This document shows, one piece after another, positions 57,808 through 64,000 of a stretch of 64,000 bases of DNA. The position numbers and the translations under genes are program-made. The notes beneath the pieces were generated by a model. The model was not told the DNA's origin, searched no databases, and saw only the letters and a list, made by a program, of their open reading frames with translations. Position 1 is the stretch's first letter. Each line of letters starts with the position of its first letter. Source of the stretch: Alphaproteobacteria bacterium (GTDB lineage: Bacteria > Pseudomonadota > Alphaproteobacteria > Rhizobiales > Beijerinckiaceae); the NCBI GenBank assembly GCA_016869595.1, contig VGDT01000002.1:18878-82877 (forward strand), given 5' to 3'.

Positions 57808-60030
57808 GTGCAGATGTTGAAACGGCGTCGCGCCTATCTACTCGCGCTTCTCGCCGCTGCGGCTCTCATTCTCCCCTGGGGCGTCATCCAGCCCCGAGCG
57901 CTCGACGACCTGCGCAACTTTGTCTTCGACAGCTTTCAGCGTCTCGCCCCCCGCGCCTATGATCCACAGGCGCCGACGCGCGTCGTCGGCGTCGATGAGA
58001 AAAGCCTGAAGGCTTACGGGCAATGGCCTTGGCCGCGCGCACGACTGGCCGAACTCGTCGACCGGCTGCGCGAATTGGGCGCGGCGTCCATCGCCTTCGA
58101 CTTCATTTTCGCGGAGCCCGATCGCGGCGGCGCCGCACAGCTCGTCGATGCGATCCCGGACGCGCGCGCCCGCGCCGAGGTGGCGAGGCTCGTCGCCAAA
58201 ACGCCGAGCGGCGATCAGATTTTCGCTCAGGCGTTGATGCAGGCGCCGGCGACGCTCGGCGTGACGCTGACGGACTCGGTTGTCGCGCCGCTGCCGGCGA
58301 AGTCGGGAATAGTTATCGCTGGCGACGACCCCGCCCCGTTTCTTGTCGCTTTCGCCGGCGCGGTCGGCCCCGAGCGGCGCCTCGCTGACGCCGCGCAGGG
58401 GCTTGGGGCCACGAATTGGCTGCCTGATCGCGATCAGATCGTTCGCCGGGTGCCGCTCGTGACGCGCGCCGGCGACGTTCTCATGCCGTCGCTGGCGCTT
58501 GAGGCTTTACGCATCGCGCAGGGCGAACAGGCGATCGTCATACGCTCCTCGAACGCCAGCGGCCAAACGGCATTTGGCAAGCAGACGGGCGTGAACGCGA
58601 TTAAAGTCGGCGCCTTCGAAATTGAAACCGGACCCAATGCGGAGGTTCGACCGCGCTATTCGCATAGCGCCACGGCGCGAGACATCTCCGCGAAGGATGT
58701 GCTCGAAGGCCGCGTCGGACGCGACGAAATCGAGGGACGCATCATCTTCGTCGGGGCGCTGGCGACGGGGCTCGGCGACGTCCGCGCGACGCCTCTGGAG
58801 CCAGTCGTCCCTGGCGTCGACGTGCATGCGCAGATCGTCGAATCTATCGCCTCGGGCGCGCTGCTCGCGCGACCGGATTGGGCGCCGGGGCTTGAGTTCG
58901 TTGTCGCCACGATCGCCTTTCTGATGATCATGGGCTTGCTCTACGTCGCGCCGCCGCTCGTTTCGGCTGCCGCCGCGCCGTTCGCCGTCATTGGCCTCTT
59001 CGCCGGAGCTTTCTATCTGTTCGATCGCCGCGGCGTGCTGCTCGATCCAGCCTATCCAAGCCTCGCTATCATCGGCGGCTATCTCTTCGGCGCAGTGACG
59101 CTCTGGCGCGCTGAAACCTCAGCGCGCCGCCACGTGCGGCAGGCCTTCGGCAAATTCGTCGCGCCCGCCGTCGTCGACCGACTCGCCGAACATCCGGAGC
59201 GCCTGGTGCTCGGCGGCGAGACGCGCGAATTGACGGTGCTCTTTTCCGACCTGCGCAATTTTTCCCGCATTTCGGAAGGCATGAGCGCGCGCGAACTCAC
59301 GCAGTTCATGAACGGCTACCTGACGCCGATGACCGACGCCATTCTCGAACAGGAGGGCACTGTCGACAAATATATGGGCGACGCGGTGCTCGCCTTCTGG
59401 AACGCGCCGCTCGATATCGACGACCATCCGCGCAAGGCCGTTCGGGCCGCCCTGATGATGCGCGAGGCGCTCAATGGCCTCAACAGACGGCGCGCCGAAG
59501 CCGCTGCGGCGGCTGGCCATGAGGCTCAGCCGGCGGCGATGGGCCTTGGACTTCATCTCGGGCCTTGCAGCGTCGGCAATATGGGATCAATCCGCCGCTT
59601 CGACTATTCGATCCTCGGCGACACGGTGAACCTCGCGTCGCGGCTCGAGGGGGCAAGCAAGGCCTTTCAGACGGATATTGTGGCGTCCAGCGCCGTGCGG
59701 GACGCGGCGCCCGATTTCGCCTGGATCGATCTTGGGCGCGTGCGCGTTCTTGGCAAAAGCGAGGCGACTCAAGTTTTTGCCCTGGCCGGCGACAGCGGCG
59801 CGGCGGGTTCCGATTCGTATGTGTGCTGGCGCAAGGCTCATGACCTCATGCGCGAGGACTATGAATCGGGCCGATTCGAGGTCGCCGCCGAGCGCGCTTC
59901 GACATTGGCCCGGTCGGTTCCCGAACCGTGGCCCGCGCTCTATGTCGCTTTGGAGGAACGATATCTGACGCTGGCGCGGGAAGGTTTGCAGGATAACTGG
60001 TCTTCGGTATGGAATCTTTCGAGCAAGTGA
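57808..60030 (+). CDS. CHASE2-domain class III adenylate/guanylate cyclase (adenylate signature)
   Basis: VVGVDEKSL...GQWPWPR, FDFIFAEPDR, PGVDVHA and 3 TM segments; then VLFSDLRNFS, VDKYMGDAVLAFWNAP and DYSILGDTVNLASRLEG. Confidence 0.95.
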   Translation: MQMLKRRRAYLLALLAAAALILPWGVIQPRALDDLRNFVFDSFQRLAPRAYDPQAPTRVVGVDEKSLKAYGQWPWPRARLAELVDRLRELGAASIAFDFIFAEPDRGGAAQLVDAIPDARARAEVARLVAKTPSGDQIFAQALMQAPATLGVTLTDSVVAPLPAKSGIVIAGDDPAPFLVAFAGAVGPERRLADAAQGLGATNWLPDRDQIVRRVPLVTRAGDVLMPSLALEALRIAQGEQAIVIRSSNASGQTAFGKQTGVNAIKVGAFEIETGPNAEVRPRYSHSATARDISAKDVLEGRVGRDEIEGRIIFVGALATGLGDVRATPLEPVVPGVDVHAQIVESIASGALLARPDWAPGLEFVVATIAFLMIMGLLYVAPPLVSAAAAPFAVIGLFAGAFYLFDRRGVLLDPAYPSLAIIGGYLFGAVTLWRAETSARRHVRQAFGKFVAPAVVDRLAEHPERLVLGGETRELTVLFSDLRNFSRISEGMSARELTQFMNGYLTPMTDAILEQEGTVDKYMGDAVLAFWNAPLDIDDHPRKAVRAALMMREALNGLNRRRAEAAAAAGHEAQPAAMGLGLHLGPCSVGNMGSIRRFDYSILGDTVNLASRLEGASKAFQTDIVASSAVRDAAPDFAWIDLGRVRVLGKSEATQVFALAGDSGAAGSDSYVCWRKAHDLMREDYESGRFEVAAERASTLARSVPEPWPALYVALEERYLTLAREGLQDNWSSVWNLSSK

Positions 60031-60108
60031 CGTCTTCGTCTGAGCGCGACTGCTGTCCTGCCGCAATTCGCCCGCCTTATAGATTTCTCTCAGGATCGCT
60101 ACTCGCGC

Positions 60109-60795
60109 ATGATCTCAAATCCGATACAGACTTATTGGGGCCTGATCGCATCTCGTCACGACCCCGACGCTTTTGCGGTTCTCGACGCAGCCTATCGAGA
60201 ATCGCAGCGCGGATACCATGATTGGAGCCATATCGGCGATCTGCTGGCGAAGCTCGATTACTTCAAGGCGCTCGCCGTACGGCCAGACCTGATCGCGGCG
60301 GCAATCTTCTGGCACGATGTTGTCTATGTGACCCGCGACAGCGAAGGTCTGCTTCGCTCCGACGCCGAAAACGTCCGCGCCAGCGCAGCGCTCTTTGAGA
60401 GTCACGCCAAGTTCAACGAAACGGATGCGGCGGCCATCCATGATTTGATCATGGCGACGGCCGATCATCTCGATGCGCGCGCGACGATTGAGCGCTATCC
60501 GGGTTTTGCGAACGATCTCGATCTATTTCTCGATCTCGATCTTTCTTCGCTCGGCGCGCCGTGGCCCGCATTCGAGCAAAATCTCGAGCGGCTTCGTTTC
60601 GAATACGCCTGGGTGCCCGAACCGCTTTTTTGCCTCGGACGACTGCAGATGATCGACACCTTCGCCGCGCGCGGAGATGCGCTCTACAGACGCGACGAGA
60701 CCCGAAAGCTTTGGAACAAGCGCGCGCACGAAAATCTTGCACGGGCGCAGGAAGAATTGCGCCGGGAAGTCGCGCGGCTCGCCTCGTCGGCCTAG
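60109..60795 (+). CDS. HD-superfamily metal-dependent phosphohydrolase (COG4339-like)
   Basis: RGYHDWSHI, FWHDVVY, ENVRASA, IMATADH, FLDLDLSSLG and RFEYAWVP. Confidence 0.85.
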   Translation: MISNPIQTYWGLIASRHDPDAFAVLDAAYRESQRGYHDWSHIGDLLAKLDYFKALAVRPDLIAAAIFWHDVVYVTRDSEGLLRSDAENVRASAALFESHAKFNETDAAAIHDLIMATADHLDARATIERYPGFANDLDLFLDLDLSSLGAPWPAFEQNLERLRFEYAWVPEPLFCLGRLQMIDTFAARGDALYRRDETRKLWNKRAHENLARAQEELRREVARLASSA

Positions 60796-62355
60796 CTACA
60801 AAGTGAGCGCCTCGCGCACCTTCGCCGAATAGCCGTAGAGATCGTCGTAGAGCCTCAGTCCGCCAGCATCGTCGACGACGGCGGTGAAATATTCGACATG
60901 AACCGGAATAGGTTTGGCGAGATCGATGCGGCGCTCCTTTTCGCCGATCATGGCCTTCAGCCGCTTTTCGTCGTAATCCGGGCGTCCGAGCACTTCTTCC
61001 GCAAGCTTGAACGGATCTTGGACGCGCACGCAGCCGTGGCTGAACGCCCGCTTGGCGCGAGCGAAGAGTTTCTTTTGCGGCGTGTCGTGCATGTAGACCA
61101 AGAGATCGTTGGGGAACACGAATTTCAGCCGGCCCAGCGCATTCTTCTCGCCGGGCGGCTGCTGAACGATCGGACGACCATGGCTGTAGGTCACCTTATA
61201 TCCGCGCGCGCGAAGCTTTGAGAGCTTGCCGCCGGTTTTGGGCTCCAGCTCATTCTCGATGATCGACTCGGGAACGTTCCAGGTTGGATTGATGATGATG
61301 TATTTCATCACGTCCGAGAAAACCGGCGTCGGCGTCGCAGTCTTCCCAACGATAACGCGCGCACGCTGCACAAGTTGATTGTCGCGCGTGAATGTGGTCT
61401 CGAACTGGGGGATATTGACTTCGAGGCGCGTGGCGCCCATTTCGCGCGGCTCCCAGCGCCAGCGCTCCATATTGGCGATGATCTCCGCTTCGACGCGCTT
61501 CGCCTTTGCTTGGGAAAGCGACGCAAAATTGGTGATGGGTCTCGTGTCCGAGGCGCGGGCCGCGCTCGCCTCGCGCTTCGGATGGACGCGCGCCGCGCGC
61601 AGTTCGGCGAGCCTCTCGCGTAAGGCCGCATAGGCTGGATGCGGCGGATTGAAGGCGGCGAGTCGCGCGCCGGCCTCTTCGCCAGCGCCGGCGATGGCGG
61701 TCAGCGCTTGGGCTGCCTTCACGACTTTCGGGCGCTCCTCGATCTCGGAGGAGATCGCTGCGGGATCGACCCTGGAGCCGCTTGCCTGCGCCGCATAGTC
61801 GGCGACGGCCTCGGACAGGGCGAGTTCCGCCGCGGCGCTCCACGCTGACGCCTCGGCGGGCGCCTTGACGTTCAAACCGTCGCGGGCGGCGTCGCGCACG
61901 GTTTGGATCGCGCTCTTCGCCGAAGGCGAGAAGCCATCCTCCGCGCGCCAGAGCGGCGCGTAATGGCGCTTCTTATAATAAGCGGCGATCTCCGTTCGCT
62001 GGGCGCGTTGGTCGGGGCCGGCCTCATTCGCCCAGTCGCGCAGCGCGTCAGTGACAGCTTGACGCGCTTCGCTTTCTGTCGGCGCGTTCGCTTTCGGTGC
62101 GTTTGTTGTCGGCTCGCCTTCTGTCGGCGCGTTCGCGGTCGGCTCATGCGTGGTTGGCGTCTCGGCTGCCGGCGCATCTGCCGGTGGCCAGTCCTCCTTC
62201 TCTTGCATCAGCGTCGGCGGCGCCTTGCGCTCGATGTCCGTGGCGGCGGGCGCATCGCTCGGGGAACTCGACATTTGCGCCATTCCCGGGCCAGCGAGCA
62301 GGACGGCTAGAATGGCGAGCGGCGCGACCTGCGTGCGGAGCGATACGCGAAACAT
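60796..62355 (-). CDS. L,D-transpeptidase, YcbB/LdtD-like
   Basis: Scaffold domain, IIANMERWRW, VIVGK...TPVF, NPTWNVP, NALGRLKFVFPN and YMHDTP...AFSHGCVRV. Confidence 0.92.
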   Translation of the reverse strand: MFRVSLRTQVAPLAILAVLLAGPGMAQMSSSPSDAPAATDIERKAPPTLMQEKEDWPPADAPAAETPTTHEPTANAPTEGEPTTNAPKANAPTESEARQAVTDALRDWANEAGPDQRAQRTEIAAYYKKRHYAPLWRAEDGFSPSAKSAIQTVRDAARDGLNVKAPAEASAWSAAAELALSEAVADYAAQASGSRVDPAAISSEIEERPKVVKAAQALTAIAGAGEEAGARLAAFNPPHPAYAALRERLAELRAARVHPKREASAARASDTRPITNFASLSQAKAKRVEAEIIANMERWRWEPREMGATRLEVNIPQFETTFTRDNQLVQRARVIVGKTATPTPVFSDVMKYIIINPTWNVPESIIENELEPKTGGKLSKLRARGYKVTYSHGRPIVQQPPGEKNALGRLKFVFPNDLLVYMHDTPQKKLFARAKRAFSHGCVRVQDPFKLAEEVLGRPDYDEKRLKAMIGEKERRIDLAKPIPVHVEYFTAVVDDAGGLRLYDDLYGYSAKVREALTL

Positions 62356-62376
62356 GACTCGAAACTCCTGCGACTC

Positions 62377-62715
62377 TTACAGGGCCTTTCGGCAGACGAA
62401 ACGGATGGTCTGTCCGCGCACGCCATAGCCTTCGTCGGTCTCGACGGTGACGCCATGACAGTTCTGCGTGGGATCTGATTGCGCGACGCTCGTCTGTTCC
62501 TGCCAGTCGATCGGAAGGATGAAGGGCTTGACGGGCGAAGCGCCGGCGACGACGCGCGCAGCCTTGTTCTCGGGCGTCTTGACGAGCAGCGCTTTGGCGG
62601 CGGCGAAGCTGACATTGGCGGCGAGGATCGCGAAGGCGATCTTCATGGCCAGCGCGATGCGCACGGGTCGTGAAGCGAAGCTGGATTTGGCGATGCCGTT
62701 CATCGTGTTGTTCAT
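62377..62715 (-). CDS. Hypothetical exported or membrane-anchored protein (112 aa)
   Basis: Hydrophobic IALAMKIAFAILAANVSFAAA; C-terminal C...VETDEGYGV...VC. Confidence 0.65.
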   Translation of the reverse strand: MNNTMNGIAKSSFASRPVRIALAMKIAFAILAANVSFAAAKALLVKTPENKAARVVAGASPVKPFILPIDWQEQTSVAQSDPTQNCHGVTVETDEGYGVRGQTIRFVCRKAL

Positions 62716-62872
62716 GGCGACTTCCCGTCGAGCTGATCTGGCGCTGGACCCCTCCCGCTCCTTTGAGCGGATGATTGACCCTAGAGCGCCCTCGAGGGGG
62801 TCGCGGTGCGCTGGCGCACGTCGCGCCAGATGCGAGAACTCCCGGCCTTGCGAGCCGGGAGCCCTAATCTCG

Positions 62873-63601
62873 TTAGACGTCGAAGCCGCCGTCGCCGCCG
62901 CTGTCGAAGCCGCCGCCATCGTCGTAGCCCTGATCGTAGTCAGCATCCTGCGCGCCGGAGCGGTCGTCGTCGCCAGCGTCATAGCCTGCGTCGGTCGCGC
63001 CGGACTGGTCGCCGTAGTAGTTGTTGATGACCGTGTCGCCGCCGGTCGGCGTGAAGCCCGAGCCGATGCCGAGATTCGCCATCCCGCCATAGCCCGCGCC
63101 ATGCGTGAACAGGCTGCGGATGCCGTCAGCGAGCAGCACGCCGCCCGCGACGCCTGCCGCTGTGCCGAGCGCGCCCCTCAGGAAGCCGCCGCTTTCAGCC
63201 GCAGGCGGCTGTTGCTGTCCCCAGCCCTGAGGGGCGTAACCACCGGCGACGGGATTCATGCCCGGCTGCGGGCCCCAAGGACTGTTGGGGCGGACCTGCT
63301 GCGGGGCAGGACGCTGCGGCGCCGGACGGGCGCCGCCGCCGAACAGGCCGCCGAGGAAACTACCGGCGGGTTTCGACTCAAGCTCCTGCACGCGCGCTTC
63401 GAGCTCCTCGATTCGCGCATTGGCGCCTTGCAGCGCCTGATCCTGAACGATCACGGTCTGCGCCAAAAGATAAGGCGCAGCCGGCTGGGCTTTGACCTGT
63501 TCGTTGATGAAAGCTTCCGCCTCTTGGTCGCGCGGCGTCGACGCGGCGCTCTTGGTGCGCTCGAACAGACCAGCGATAAGTTGGCGCTCTTCCGGTGACA
63601 T
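62873..63601 (-). CDS. DUF2076-family protein
   Basis: MSPEERQLIAGLFER, PRDQEAEAFI, PYLLAQTVIVQDQAL, GGFLRGALGTAAGVAGGVLLADGIRSLF and an acidic tail. Confidence 0.9.
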   Translation of the reverse strand: MSPEERQLIAGLFERTKSAASTPRDQEAEAFINEQVKAQPAAPYLLAQTVIVQDQALQGANARIEELEARVQELESKPAGSFLGGLFGGGARPAPQRPAPQQVRPNSPWGPQPGMNPVAGGYAPQGWGQQQPPAAESGGFLRGALGTAAGVAGGVLLADGIRSLFTHGAGYGGMANLGIGSGFTPTGGDTVINNYYGDQSGATDAGYDAGDDDRSGAQDADYDQGYDDGGGFDSGGDGGFDV

Positions 63602-63840
63602 AGAGTTTCTCCATTGTCGCCCCCTCGTGGGCGCGGCGCAGAAGATATGGCCCCGCCGCAAAACGCCGCCAAGCCCCAAGCGCAAGCGCGGCCGATTAAA
63701 CTTTCGAAATCTGGCGGTAAGGTGGGCGCGCTTATCCCCGCCGACCCTGACGACGCCCCTTTCAGTTGACGAGGCGGGCGCAGTGTAGGGGAGGTTTTGA
63801 AGGTGGGGATAAGTTTTGACTCTAATGCGTCACCTCTCCG

Positions 63841-63981
63841 CGTCATGCCCGGCCTTGTGCCGGGCATCCACGCGGCGCCGTCGCGTAGCCCTTGCAGCAT
63901 CGCCGCAATTTCCCGGCGCCGATGGCCGGGACATAGGCGAGCGAAGCGACGCCGTCTTTGACGGCTTTGCCCGGCCATGAC
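63841..63981. repeat. CGTC-type REP doublet carrying the same internal insert as 26538-26731
   Basis: cataggcgagcgaagcgacgccgtctttgacggctttgccc is identical in both copies. Confidence 0.85.
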
Positions 63982-64000
63982 ACTGGCGTTGTCCATGCCA

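Overview
GC-rich alphaproteobacterial chromosome segment. It is most likely from a Methylocystaceae (Methylocystis-like) methanotroph; this is inferred from a 13-Cys Tat-exported Csp1 copper-storage protein, the Rhizobiales-type gene order and the repeat families. The backbone is housekeeping: queA-tgt, recG, pyrE, tRNA-Leu(CAA), rlmN, yfgM-der, prfC, glyA-nrdR-ribD-ribE-ribH-nusB-thiL, hppA, nadE, dat and an L,D-transpeptidase. Accessory pieces sit in between. (1) An orphan HigA-like HTH gene with an orphan N4C/N6A DNA methyltransferase. (2) A low-GC islet downstream of tRNA-Leu. (3) A 2.09-kb IS1595-family element with 38-bp inverted ends that contain a REP-like hairpin; its cargo includes a HEPN-motif protein. 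(4) An aerobic-type rubrerythrin/Fe-S oxidoreductase/DUF3501 operon behind an Irr-like box, with a RelE/HigA-type toxin-antitoxin pair inserted between two 80-bp copies of the DUF3501 3' end that differ almost only at synonymous sites. (5) A GCS2-type ligase/M14 peptidase pair. (6) csp1-cusF. (7) A GNAT toxin whose antitoxin is a DUF2188-DUF1778 fusion. (8) The best candidate for an undescribed system: a co-oriented cluster of Crp regulator, TPR/beta-barrel outer-membrane protein, secreted FecR-domain protein, CHASE2 adenylate cyclase and HD hydrolase, with a shared upstream motif in front of crp and the barrel gene. It resembles a self-contained version of the Sinorhizobium NsrA/CyaD1/Clr cascade. 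No CRISPR array or rRNA was seen. All family assignments come from motif recognition by eye, not from database searches.
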